52,743 nucleotides of DNA from positions 1 to 52,743 of the IMG/VR virus record IMGVR_UViG_3300044628_000447. The stretch is one strand, 5' to 3'. Position numbers and translations under genes: made by a program. The DNA is from a virus (taxonomy: Duplodnaviria; Caudoviricetes). Shown one piece after another: positions 40,629-49,563 of the stretch (position 1 is the first letter of the stretch; the number at the start of each line of letters is the position of its first letter). Under the pieces are notes generated by a model. The model searched no databases. It was not told the DNA's origin and worked only from the letters and a program-made list of their open reading frames with translations.

Positions 40629-40784
40629 ATGAAACACTACAACGTAAAAGAATACTACGGCGAGCGTCCGTGTATCGAACCGCAATACATGCAGCAGCTT
40701 CAAATCCGTTGCCGCACGAAGCAACCTGCAACATCGAAACTGGCAACACTGATTGATAAAATCAAAAACCTAGTAACCAAATGA
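40629..40784 (+). CDS. Hypothetical protein (start MKHYNV)
   Basis: ATG after an AAAACCA leader; ATGA overlap downstream. Confidence 0.6.
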   Translation: MKHYNVKEYYGERPCIEPQYMQQLQIRCRTKQPATSKLATLIDKIKNLVTK

Positions 40785-40972
40785 ACAACCTAAAACAAAA
40801 GAAACTCCAAGAGGAATCATACCTTCGACTGATCGAGGCGGCTGCCAACCAAGGCAAGTTTAACCCCGAAGAATTGAAGAGCGCGAAAGACGTGCTCGCT
40901 CTCGCCAAGCATTATAAAGGCATCGCTGAAATTGTAACAGCTACTTACCTTGAGGGGGATGAAGACAAATGA
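40781..40972 (+). CDS. Hypothetical protein
   Basis: 63 aa, overlap-coupled. Confidence 0.65.
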   Translation: MNNLKQKKLQEESYLRLIEAAANQGKFNPEELKSAKDVLALAKHYKGIAEIVTATYLEGDEDK

Positions 40973-41163
40973 AAGATAAAATTAAAGCTTTCATAAACAT
41001 TTCTCTCGTTTGCTATCTATTCTTTTGCACTCTTTTTTTATTTATTACATCAGGTCAACGTAATAAATTGCGAGAGCAAGCAGTAGATAGAGGCTATGCG
41101 GAATGGGTCTTCGATAAAAATGACGGCACAACATGGCGTTGGAAGGAGGACGCAAATGATTGA
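40969..41163 (+). CDS. Small membrane protein (paralogue of 51211..51393)
   Basis: TM segment then AVxRG[YF]AEWV...GTTWRWKED. Confidence 0.7.
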   Translation: MKDKIKAFINISLVCYLFFCTLFLFITSGQRNKLREQAVDRGYAEWVFDKNDGTTWRWKEDAND

Positions 41164-41302
41164 CGAATCCCACCTAGAGGATGACCAATACGGAATGCGT
41201 AGAGTATGCGACACCGTTGAGGACATCGAAGATGATATGGATTGTGAGCCAATCACAAGAACCTGCAACCTTGACGGGGAGGAATGCGAATCATGCCAAT
41301 AG
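41156..41302 (+). CDS. Small acidic peptide ending CNLDGEECESCQ
   Basis: 48 aa from ATG 41156. Confidence 0.6.
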   Translation: MIDESHLEDDQYGMRRVCDTVEDIEDDMDCEPITRTCNLDGEECESCQ

Positions 41303-42057
41303 AATCATCAGGACATTGGTATGACATCAACGGGGAGGCTAGGCACACTATCCTCTCAGCTAAAGGAGAACCACGTTCCACTACTCTACGTGACGCGAAG
41401 AAGCACGGATGGTTTCCAAGTGTGACTACAGTAATGAAGGTATTGGCATCACCGGAGCTTGACCGCTGGAAACAGAATCAAGTTTTCATGGCCAGCCTAA
41501 CCCTATCAAGATTCCCAAATGAATCTGATGAGCAATACTGTGCAAGGATCATCGAAGACGCATTTAAGCAGGTATCGGATGCGGCAGACTTAGGAACAGA
41601 GATTCACAAAGCTCTTGAGAATCATTTCCAAGGTCTACCCTACGCACCGCACATGGAGCCATACGTTGCACCTGTTAAAGAATGGGTGTCGCAGAATAAT
41701 GTCCGCTTCCTAAAGCACGAACTACGGTTAGTGAACAGTGAAGTAGGCTATGCGGGAACAACCGATGCTCTCATTGAGAAGGACGGAATCCTTCATATCT
41801 TGGACTATAAATCAAGAAAGACGAAACCAGAATACAAAATTGCGCCATACGGCAAAGAACCAATGCAGATTGCAGCTTATGCCAAGATCGCTGGAGCCAG
41901 CCGAGGCGTGAACCTCTACATCTCTACCACAGAACCGGGAAGAATCGGTGACGCATGGTATGATGAAGAGACACTAGAATCTGAGTTTGAGGCGTTTAAA
42001 AGCGTATGCAAACTCTGGCAGCACATAAACAAATACAAACCAAAACAAAACCAATGA
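41284..42057 (+). CDS. PD-(D/E)XK exonuclease (RecB/Cas4-like)
   Basis: PSVTT, GTEIH, YAGTTD, LDYKS, QIAAY. Confidence 0.85.
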   Translation: MRIMPIESSGHWYDINGEARHTILSAKGEPRSTTLRDAKKHGWFPSVTTVMKVLASPELDRWKQNQVFMASLTLSRFPNESDEQYCARIIEDAFKQVSDAADLGTEIHKALENHFQGLPYAPHMEPYVAPVKEWVSQNNVRFLKHELRLVNSEVGYAGTTDALIEKDGILHILDYKSRKTKPEYKIAPYGKEPMQIAAYAKIAGASRGVNLYISTTEPGRIGDAWYDEETLESEFEAFKSVCKLWQHINKYKPKQNQ

Positions 42058-42860
42058 GCCAACTAGCAAACATAGAACAGAAAGAAGTAATTAAATCCGT
42101 AACTGGAAAGATCACGAAACTTTGGGAGCCTAAAGAATTTACTGGGCCTAAAGGAAAGTTTGAAATCCAAGGCGGTGAGATTGAAATTGACGGGCAACGC
42201 TACGGACTGAAGTTCTTTGAGAACAACCAGAACGCGAGCATCCTTGAAGGGAAAGTAGTCACCATCTCTTGCTCCCGTGGCAAGCATGGTTTCACCGGAG
42301 TTACCCTAGACCATGAATCCTTCTCCAAGAAGGACGGCACAAAGGTAGACCGTGACGTGATTAAAGTAACCAAGACGGGTAAGGTTGAGCTTGGGGAGGC
42401 AGATGCCATTCCAATGACTCACAGCACCGATACACCCAAGCAGACTATCGGAACCGATAACTCTGATAAAACCTTGGATGACCTAGTAATGCAACATCTC
42501 TACGTCAACGACCTAGTAAGGGCAGCATACGCCAAGAAGGGCTACGACGAAGAAACGCTTCGCTCCTACGTGGCATCGGTATTTATCGAGGCTAACCGCA
42601 AGGGGATTCACATCGGGGAGACAAAGAAAGAGGTTGAGCCAACCTACGACCCCGCTGACTGGGCATCGGCAATCGTCCCAAGTGGAACAAACAAAGGCAA
42701 AACACTGGCATCAATCGGTAAGCCAGCGTTGAAAAAACTGTATGCCTTTTACCTCGAAAAAGGGTTTAACACGCCATTCGCAAAGTGTGTTGAGCAAGCA
42801 GGTATCGACCTAAACATTTATGAGGCTGGAGATGATGATCTTCCAGATGTGGAATGGTAA
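42054..42860 (+). CDS. Putative ssDNA-binding/annealing protein
   Basis: OB-fold-like N-terminus, acidic aromatic tail DDDLPDVEW, follows the exonuclease. Confidence 0.55.
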   Translation: MSQLANIEQKEVIKSVTGKITKLWEPKEFTGPKGKFEIQGGEIEIDGQRYGLKFFENNQNASILEGKVVTISCSRGKHGFTGVTLDHESFSKKDGTKVDRDVIKVTKTGKVELGEADAIPMTHSTDTPKQTIGTDNSDKTLDDLVMQHLYVNDLVRAAYAKKGYDEETLRSYVASVFIEANRKGIHIGETKKEVEPTYDPADWASAIVPSGTNKGKTLASIGKPALKKLYAFYLEKGFNTPFAKCVEQAGIDLNIYEAGDDDLPDVEW

Positions 42861-43114
42861 CATACGATCAACTCACAAAAGCCACGAAGATCAAGATGAA
42901 GAAAGAGAAAGTTACGACTGACATTCTAGTAAAGTTGCTCAACACTTTCTTGCCAGACTCAGAGAAGATTCCACAAACTCGATCTGGACAGGTTCAAGTA
43001 TCACGATGGCTTAACCCTAACTCAGAATATCATTGCATTCCAAGGGCTGGTATCGCTCTAGCTATGGTTCAATGGACATACGGATTAGTATTACTACCAC
43101 CAGATGAGGTATAA
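42854..43114 (+). CDS. Hypothetical protein, possibly HTH DNA-binding
   Basis: QVSRWLN...P pattern resembling an XRE-like recognition helix. Confidence 0.5.
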   Translation: MVTYDQLTKATKIKMKKEKVTTDILVKLLNTFLPDSEKIPQTRSGQVQVSRWLNPNSEYHCIPRAGIALAMVQWTYGLVLLPPDEV

Positions 43115-43349
43115 CATAAGCACTAAGCAGGAAGACTTGCCAATTAGAGACTTGTGGTGCGCTGTTATTCAACAAGCGTATGAAGACACAAAATTAATTG
43201 ATAAGCGTTTTCAGTGTGAATCAAGAAACAAACAAAACCAAATGGATCACGACTCAGCAATCCAGTTTTTCAAAAGTGACTTCTTTGAAAGACTTTGTGA
43301 ATGCCTATCACTCGATTCAAACTCAATAAAATCAAAAGCCTTAACATGA
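43104..43349 (+). CDS. Phage hypothetical protein
   Basis: LW.AVI.QA..D...A..FF....F...C pattern. Confidence 0.65.
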   Translation: MRYNISTKQEDLPIRDLWCAVIQQAYEDTKLIDKRFQCESRNKQNQMDHDSAIQFFKSDFFERLCECLSLDSNSIKSKALT

Positions 43350-44326
43350 AAAAGAAAAAGCAACTAATGTTTATGTCTCCTGTAGATGAGGGAGAATTGG
43401 TAAATCAAGATAGATACTTGGTAGAAGTATTAGCTTGGGCACAAGCTGAATACCAAGGAATTAAGCTCACCATAGACCACATCAGAAAGTTGTTTAATAT
43501 GGTGCAGAGAGATGAATACCCCGGCGACAGTGTGCCAGACGAAATCGTTCTCATTTACGAGAAACTAGCTGGTGACTTGGAGTATGCAGAAGAACTAGCA
43601 GAAGATCAAATCGAGGTTGTAGAACCTGTAACAGAAAACAAAATGGAAGTATCAAAAGAAAGCAAAGAATCGTTGGCCCTAGTAAATAGTATCTCAGACG
43701 GGATTGAACTATCATCCTTCTCTAAGAAGTTTGACTTGGGAGAAGGAATGACACAGTGCGTTCCCCGTGGCGATGTAACCATGCAAGACTGGGTTGCAGC
43801 GTTTGGGTTCGGTCTAGCATTGGAGTCTGGTAGCCAGTGGATTATCGGTGATGCCGTGGTTGCGCTGGAGAATGCTGGACACGATGACGTAGTTAATCAA
43901 CTGTGCGGTAAGTTTAAGAAAAGCTACAGCACAGTGTCCGGTTATGCCCGTGCCTGCCGTGCATTTGAACATGGTAAGCGTGACCCTATGCTTCCCTTCT
44001 CAGTTTACAGGGAGATTGGAAACGCTAGTTTCGGAACAGCGCAAGAAACGCTCAAAAAGCAAAGTTTGCTTTTGGAACAAGCGAAGAGCGAGCAATTGTC
44101 TAGCACGGAGGTTCGCAACCGAGTCAAAGAGGAACAAGGTAAAAATGTTGACAGGCCACAGCCGCACCGTTACCTTCTTCTCAATGTCGGCAACACCAGT
44201 AACTCGGAAGTGCTTACTGAAATGCCAGAACAAATTGAACCACACCAATTACTTATCGACCTCGCAGGAAAGCGTTGGTTCGATCCAGCAAATGGGGAGT
44301 TTCTAAATTTCATTAAAGGAAAATAA
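43346..44326 (+). CDS. Hypothetical protein with LmbU-like DNA-binding region
   Basis: QWIIGD...YSTVSGYARACRAF...R...LPFSVYREI resembles the LmbU family. Confidence 0.55.
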   Translation: MKKKKQLMFMSPVDEGELVNQDRYLVEVLAWAQAEYQGIKLTIDHIRKLFNMVQRDEYPGDSVPDEIVLIYEKLAGDLEYAEELAEDQIEVVEPVTENKMEVSKESKESLALVNSISDGIELSSFSKKFDLGEGMTQCVPRGDVTMQDWVAAFGFGLALESGSQWIIGDAVVALENAGHDDVVNQLCGKFKKSYSTVSGYARACRAFEHGKRDPMLPFSVYREIGNASFGTAQETLKKQSLLLEQAKSEQLSSTEVRNRVKEEQGKNVDRPQPHRYLLLNVGNTSNSEVLTEMPEQIEPHQLLIDLAGKRWFDPANGEFLNFIKGK

Positions 44327-44327
44327 T

Positions 44328-44600
44328 ATGAGCGAAAAGCAAGATCACACAGACGAAGAGCTTAAACAGCAGGCTCAACTCAAACAATGGTTGGAAGAGA
44401 AGTTTAGCTTCCCTAAGATCAGCAACGATAAGACAAATGAGCTTGTCAAAGGCATGTCTTCGCTACTTCATGCTACAGCTACAATGATTGTCCGCACAGA
44501 AACCCGTCAATTTGAGGGGATGCGAGCCATCGACAAGCTGCAAGAAGTTTTGCTCTACTACATCAGCGGACAAACCGCAAAGGTAGTTAAGCCAGAATAA
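44328..44600 (+). CDS. Hypothetical protein
   Basis: 90 aa, last gene of the operon. Confidence 0.65.
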   Translation: MSEKQDHTDEELKQQAQLKQWLEEKFSFPKISNDKTNELVKGMSSLLHATATMIVRTETRQFEGMRAIDKLQEVLLYYISGQTAKVVKPE

Positions 44601-44771
44601 CAACTTTCCCCGTGGGCATTAGCCTGCCCTCAAGTGAGGGATCACGCCAAGAGTAGGTTGGTTAGTGGCGGGGAAAATATTTCGGTGAATGTGGCGGCGT
44701 GGTAGCTGGTTATTCATAGCACCGTGGGGCGGGAACCACATAGTTAAACGCCCAACATTTTCTAAAAAGGA

Positions 44772-44817
44772 GAGAGCCGCATGGGAGAATCAGTCCCGTG
44801 CGGCCCTCGGTTTTTTG
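44772..44817 (+). terminator. Intrinsic terminator between convergent operons
   Basis: GAGAGCCGCATGGGA...TCCCGTGCGGCCCTC followed by GGTTTTTT. Confidence 0.7.
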
Positions 44818-44876
44818 AGCTATAGCTGATCGTCTTTTAGCTCACCATGTTACGATGTCAAGATATTTTTGTTTGC

Positions 44877-45635
44877 TTAAAATAAAACTAGGGTGTCCAG
44901 CTTCTTGTCTGATTTTGAAAGATTATCCTTTGCCCAAAGAGGACGAAGGTTGCGATAATGATTAAGCCTAATTATCTCATCTTCTGTTTTTTCCATGGAA
45001 ACAGGCATGATATGGTCAATGTGCCATAGGTTGCGATTATCCCAAGACATTCCATCAACGAACTGAGATTCGATGTGAGATTTAAATTCTTCAAACGAAC
45101 AACCAAGAATATCGGCTGTTTTAGTATTCTTTCTGAATCCCATTTTTTGCAACGAGTTTTTTATGTTATTATGAATAAGCATTCTACATGCAAATAATGG
45201 ATCTTTTTTCATTCTATCATTTCTAGAATCATAAATTTTCTTTTTATTTGACTGAAAATATTTTTTACCACTGTTAGGATTTTTTAGCCTCCATTTTCTA
45301 GTTTGATCTCTGCCTCTTTCTGGATTCTTCCAATAATATCTTTTAGATGCGGCTCTTTGTTTTATTTTTATATTTTCAAATATTTCTTTCGTAACCCACC
45401 TTTCACCATTTGCATAACTTTGACAATAACACAAAAAAATCATTCCATCTTCCCTAGTATCTCCGCTCCTTCTAACTCCATTTATTTTTTTCGCATTAAA
45501 TACTTTATTGATTCTATCTGATTTATTTTTTTTGAAATCATGTTCTGTCATCCATTTTTCACCATTCTTGCAATCAGGATGGTATCCCCAAAACACCATT
45601 CCATCTTCTCTAATTGTTCCACGTTTTATTTTCAT
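44877..45635 (-). CDS. Free-standing HNH homing-type endonuclease (start MKIKRG)
   Basis: GCS.EEFK.HIESQF..GMSWDN...WHIDHI.P...NHY.NL.PLWA.DNLSK; two REDGM.F repeats; AT-rich. Confidence 0.85.
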   Translation of the reverse strand: MKIKRGTIREDGMVFWGYHPDCKNGEKWMTEHDFKKNKSDRINKVFNAKKINGVRRSGDTREDGMIFLCYCQSYANGERWVTKEIFENIKIKQRAASKRYYWKNPERGRDQTRKWRLKNPNSGKKYFQSNKKKIYDSRNDRMKKDPLFACRMLIHNNIKNSLQKMGFRKNTKTADILGCSFEEFKSHIESQFVDGMSWDNRNLWHIDHIMPVSMEKTEDEIIRLNHYRNLRPLWAKDNLSKSDKKLDTLVLF

Positions 45636-45760
45636 ATATAAAAGGACGCCCCCGCATGGCCACAAGACTGTCTGAATGACAGGTGAAACCTTTACCATGC
45701 AAGGGCGGTATATTTATAGTTCAAATTTAATCTTACGTTAATCGGGGTTTCACGCCGATT
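45636..45760 (-). ncRNA. Putative cis-regulatory kissing-loop RNA, copy 2 (leader of HNH gene)
   Basis: 6-bp hairpin (45740-45760) and 14-bp stem (45647-60/45694-707) with G-U pairs on the minus strand; loop complementary to 45683-45690. Confidence 0.65.
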
Positions 45761-45785
45761 TGTGTAAGTTAAATTAAACTATAAT

Positions 45786-47423
45786 TTACTGCAAGATATT
45801 TTTTGTGGAGATAGCTAAAGAAATTGATGGGTCACATTCCCCATCCATGAGTAAATCCATGCGTTTTATCTTCTTATCCAATGAATTACAAGTATCCTCC
45901 TCAATCGGAACTCCAGCCGCATACACGATGTATTGCAGACTTTTTGTGACGCCTCCCGCCCTGTGAACCCTTCCTAGAACTTGACGAAGATCGTATGCGC
46001 TTGGTTGAGGAAATATCAAAGAAACTCTTGGATGCTTCCCGTTCAAGTCATGGAGTGAAATTCCCTCCCTACATGCGGCAGAAATTCCAATTATCACACG
46101 GGCCTTGTCTCTCTGGAAAGAATCAATTGCTCCCTGCCTTTCCATTTTAGATTGACCTCCGCAAATTACTGCATCGGTATTTAGCTCTTTCATCAAGAAC
46201 TCCATTGTTTCACGGAAAGATACCGCTATGAATATACTATTTCCTTCTTCAAGATAATCCTTTGCCAATGAAGCAACTGAAGGCGATTTCAACAATTCTA
46301 TTTTTTGCCTTGCTCGTGTTTGTTCTGCTAAAACATTCGCACTAAAGTTTTCAGCGTGTCGCAGTTCTTCAACTCGCAGGCATAGATCATCATATTCTGA
46401 AGCAATGGCGCGAGTGTTTTCCATGTCAAAGGCTCTTGCGGCTATTAAAGTATCTGGAAATTGATCACCTAAATCAGAATGCCTTAGTCGATTCCCTCTC
46501 TCTGGATAAATTTTATGGTGAAGCCGTTTTAAGTAGTGATTGCCTCCTTGGAACTGAAAACCAAATCTTGTTTTTTTGCAACCATTAGAAGATAAAAACC
46601 TATAGTAATCTTTGCCTCCTTGGTGTAATCCAAGAAATTGGCCCAAGGCCCAAAGTTTTGTTGGATCATCTGCTATAGTTGCGCTCAAGGCTATTGCTTG
46701 AACGTCTTGAACAACGCTATCCCTTATTAGAAATGAGTTTTGGGAAGTCCCATTTGCTTTTCCGCGATGGCATTCGTCAAATATAAGTATAACATCATTA
46801 GGTATTTCATAAATAAACTTTTTCTTTTCAGAGCAAGACCATTTCCCTATTTTTGACTTTCCTGTTTTACAAAATTCCCAACCAACCGCTTCATATATTT
46901 CAACATTCATCGTTTTTGCGGCCCTATACCATGAAGTAACTACTGCAAGCGGACAAATTACAGCAACCCGCTTTCCTAACTCCCGCGCAATGCCGAGGGC
47001 GCAGAATGTTTTGCCGACACCCGTAGAATGACCCAAAAGCACCCGATTGTATTTCTGGATACTACGCACGCCGAGAGCCACTGATGTTTTCTGATACTCA
47101 AAGAGGACGGAATCATTGATAAGCGGAGGCAGCACAATTTCCTCGGCTGGCTCGTTATCGGAGTCGATAACATTGTCTAAAGGAACGTGCTTGAACTTGA
47201 GATCAGAATCACTCCACCAAGTCAGCGTCCACTCGCCACTGTATTTAGAAATAGAGATACCCGCATCTCGCATGGTTTGACGGTGAAATTCTTGATTCTC
47301 TTTGTAAAGCGGCCACCAATCAGAATCGATGGGAGCCTTTTTAAGCAGGCGGACACCGTTCTTGGTATTAAGCTGGATAGGATGAGACCACTCCAGCCGA
47401 GAGATAAGCTCGTGCGTTGTCAT
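45786..47423 (-). CDS. Superfamily 2 helicase
   Basis: HSTGVGKT, IFDECH, LSAT, EGISL, QVLGRVHRAG. Confidence 0.9.
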   Translation of the reverse strand: MTTHELISRLEWSHPIQLNTKNGVRLLKKAPIDSDWWPLYKENQEFHRQTMRDAGISISKYSGEWTLTWWSDSDLKFKHVPLDNVIDSDNEPAEEIVLPPLINDSVLFEYQKTSVALGVRSIQKYNRVLLGHSTGVGKTFCALGIARELGKRVAVICPLAVVTSWYRAAKTMNVEIYEAVGWEFCKTGKSKIGKWSCSEKKKFIYEIPNDVILIFDECHRGKANGTSQNSFLIRDSVVQDVQAIALSATIADDPTKLWALGQFLGLHQGGKDYYRFLSSNGCKKTRFGFQFQGGNHYLKRLHHKIYPERGNRLRHSDLGDQFPDTLIAARAFDMENTRAIASEYDDLCLRVEELRHAENFSANVLAEQTRARQKIELLKSPSVASLAKDYLEEGNSIFIAVSFRETMEFLMKELNTDAVICGGQSKMERQGAIDSFQRDKARVIIGISAACREGISLHDLNGKHPRVSLIFPQPSAYDLRQVLGRVHRAGGVTKSLQYIVYAAGVPIEEDTCNSLDKKIKRMDLLMDGECDPSISLAISTKNILQ

Positions 47424-47605
47424 AGCTCCCTCGCTTTCTTGAGTGCTAACTGTAGTTGGAGAAGTATAAGCGAATCAGTGCCTTCGTGAGCGTCACAGGC
47501 TGCCTCTAATGATTGCACAATCTCACGCTTTGCAGAGTGTCGGCTTTCCTCGATATGCTTGAATCGAAACAACGGTTTTTGGTTTTGTATGTTGTAGGTT
47601 CTCAT
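47420..47605 (-). CDS. Hypothetical protein
   Basis: 61 aa, ATGA-coupled to the helicase. Confidence 0.6.
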   Translation of the reverse strand: MRTYNIQNQKPLFRFKHIEESRHSAKREIVQSLEAACDAHEGTDSLILLQLQLALKKAREL

Positions 47606-47652
47606 ATGGTTTTTTGGTTTGTAAATACAGATTTATTTGCTATGATTGCCGC

Positions 47653-48231
47653 ATGGTAAATCCGAAAAGTGCGGTGAAAAAATGGGACTGGGGAAAGCTT
47701 GAAGCTCTGATAATATCTGGAAAAAGCCCAAAGGAGATATGCGCCTTACCGGAGTTTGAAGGGCTAAACGTGCGGTATCTGCAAAACATATCGGCAAGGA
47801 ATGGCTGGGTTAAGAAACGGAGGGAAGTTGAAGCGGCAGCACTGGCGGGAATGGAAAAGGGTATCATTGATAAACGAAGTGCAGGCGTGGAGGAGCACCA
47901 TAAGTTTGTATTCGGACAATTGGAGCGGTTGCGGAGTGCCATAGCTGAGAAGCAGGTTAAGGGAAGCGTGAAAGAATTGCGGGAGTATCTGGATATGTTG
48001 CAGAAGTATCTTGATGCGGCGGAAACAAGCTACGGTTTAAAGGCTGACCAAGTAAGAGATGAATCGGCAGTGAGTCTAAATGCAATGGTAGCATTGCATA
48101 TCATCCCGCCAAGTAGGGCGAGCGAAATGCAAGTTGTTGAGGCTGAAATTATTGCAGCCAATGCAGAATGCCAGAAAGTCATAAGTGACAAGGGAAGTGA
48201 AAGCACTTGCGAGGAAGGTGAAAGAGAGTAA
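47653..48231 (+). CDS. Candidate terminase small subunit
   Basis: N-terminal HTH-like WDW...GKSPKEI...GW, helical middle and acidic tail; isolated + strand gene near the non-coding region. Confidence 0.5.
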   Translation: MVNPKSAVKKWDWGKLEALIISGKSPKEICALPEFEGLNVRYLQNISARNGWVKKRREVEAAALAGMEKGIIDKRSAGVEEHHKFVFGQLERLRSAIAEKQVKGSVKELREYLDMLQKYLDAAETSYGLKADQVRDESAVSLNAMVALHIIPPSRASEMQVVEAEIIAANAECQKVISDKGSESTCEEGERE

Positions 48232-48345
48232 AAAAAATCACTATCGGAGGGGCGAAAAAGTTAACGTAAAGGCTGATGGTTGTCGGTATCGAGAATGTTG
48301 AGCTAGTAGGATTGGACTACAGGCACAACATTGCCGGCAACGTAT

Positions 48346-48624
48346 TTATTGAATGACCGTTGCTTTTTGGACGGTTGCCATTGCAGCATCAAAGGCCAAT
48401 TGATAATCGGGGTCTAAATCATCTTCCAATTGCTCTAGCGCCCATTCCAACGCTGTCAGCAATTCCGGTGCGGCAGCAATCAGGCGAGCGTTTGCTTGCA
48501 TTTCATCGATACCTCCGCTTGAAGAACCGGGACAAGCAAGAATTGTGTCGCCGTTTGCAGAATTTACAACTAAATCGTTCCAGCCTTGAGCTTTCCAAGG
48601 CCCGGGTGTGTGTTGTGTTGTCAT
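48346..48624 (-). CDS. Phage protein of the HTPGPW / ANARLIAAAPELL family
   Basis: Both motifs are present. Confidence 0.8.
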   Translation of the reverse strand: MTTQHTPGPWKAQGWNDLVVNSANGDTILACPGSSSGGIDEMQANARLIAAAPELLTALEWALEQLEDDLDPDYQLAFDAAMATVQKATVIQ

Positions 48625-48748
48625 AGGTTAATGAATATAAGGGCTGTTATTACGATTGAAAGAATGAGCAAAAGGCTGAAAAAGCGGTCCTTTGCGCGGT
48701 CATACTGTAGTTTGCTGTGTAGTTTATTCATGTTATTGTTTCCGATAA

Positions 48749-49099
48749 TCAAAACGATGAAACGATGATGCCGCCCTCAAACTCGATAAGTTGGCCTCGG
48801 TCTTGAATATAATCGCGGATGGCAGAATCAAACGCATCATCATCAATCTCCTCCTCCTCATTAAAGCCAAGCTCTTGCCAAGCGTTAGAGAAGTAATCAT
48901 GCGCCCAGTCCTGCAGGCTCTCATATTCTGAGTAATCGCAACGTATGGCTACGGCGTCAAACTCGATGGCTTCCCCGCAATCGTCTTCCATTTGCTCTAA
49001 ATACTCAACGAGGGCAAAAGCTCCAGCGATAGAGAAAGAGCTGTTTTCGTCATCGGCGAGCATTTGAGCGGCTTGTGTAGTGGATAGTGTGGTTTTCAT
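48749..49099 (-). CDS. Acidic phage hypothetical protein
   Basis: FS..G..AL.EYLE...IEFD.VAI.CDYSEY pattern. Confidence 0.7.
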   Translation of the reverse strand: MKTTLSTTQAAQMLADDENSSFSIAGAFALVEYLEQMEDDCGEAIEFDAVAIRCDYSEYESLQDWAHDYFSNAWQELGFNEEEEIDDDAFDSAIRDYIQDRGQLIEFEGGIIVSSF

Positions 49100-49136
49100 T
49101 TTATGGTTTTCTAGTGTGTGTTTATGGGTTGATTTA

Positions 49137-49325
49137 TTAATGTTTTATTTTACCGCCGCCTGGCCCACATTTTCCTGAAACGTAGTCCATCCAGAGTTCA
49201 CGATCAAATGCGGGATTCTGTGAGGCGCAAAACCTCGCAATCTCTCTAATGGCCTCCTGCGAGAATGTGCCTTTATTGGATAGGCGGATATGGTCTGCAA
49301 GTTGGATCAATTGTTTTTTTGTCAT
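49137..49325 (-). CDS. Small phage protein (MTKK...NPAFDRE)
   Basis: First gene downstream of the promoter at 49400-49428. Confidence 0.65.
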   Translation of the reverse strand: MTKKQLIQLADHIRLSNKGTFSQEAIREIARFCASQNPAFDRELWMDYVSGKCGPGGGKIKH

Positions 49326-49399
49326 GGTGTGTGGTTTCGGTTTTTGGTTTGTGTCTCTCAGAGCCAGCATTGATCAGGCTTTCCGATTGACTTGAGATG

Positions 49400-49428
49400 A
49401 CAATACACAAGGATGCATCACACGTCAA
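49400..49428 (-). promoter_or_regulatory. Sigma70-like early promoter TTGACG-N15-TG-TATTGT
   Basis: 17-bp spacer with an extended -10. Confidence 0.65.
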
Positions 49429-49470
49429 CGAAAAAGATGAGAAAAGAGTAAATTATTTTTCATGGGTGCA

Positions 49471-49524
49471 AGCATAAAGCATGCCAAGCAACAACAAACA
49501 CGTTGCAAGCAACTAGTGTGCCAA
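49471..49524 (-). promoter_or_regulatory. Two tandem sigma54 (-24/-12) type sites
   Basis: TTGGCACACTAGTTGCT (49508..49524) and TTGGCATGCTTTATGCT (49471..49487). Confidence 0.65.
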
Positions 49525-49563
49525 TATAACAGATGGATTGATAAAAGAGGCAAAAGAGGTGGC

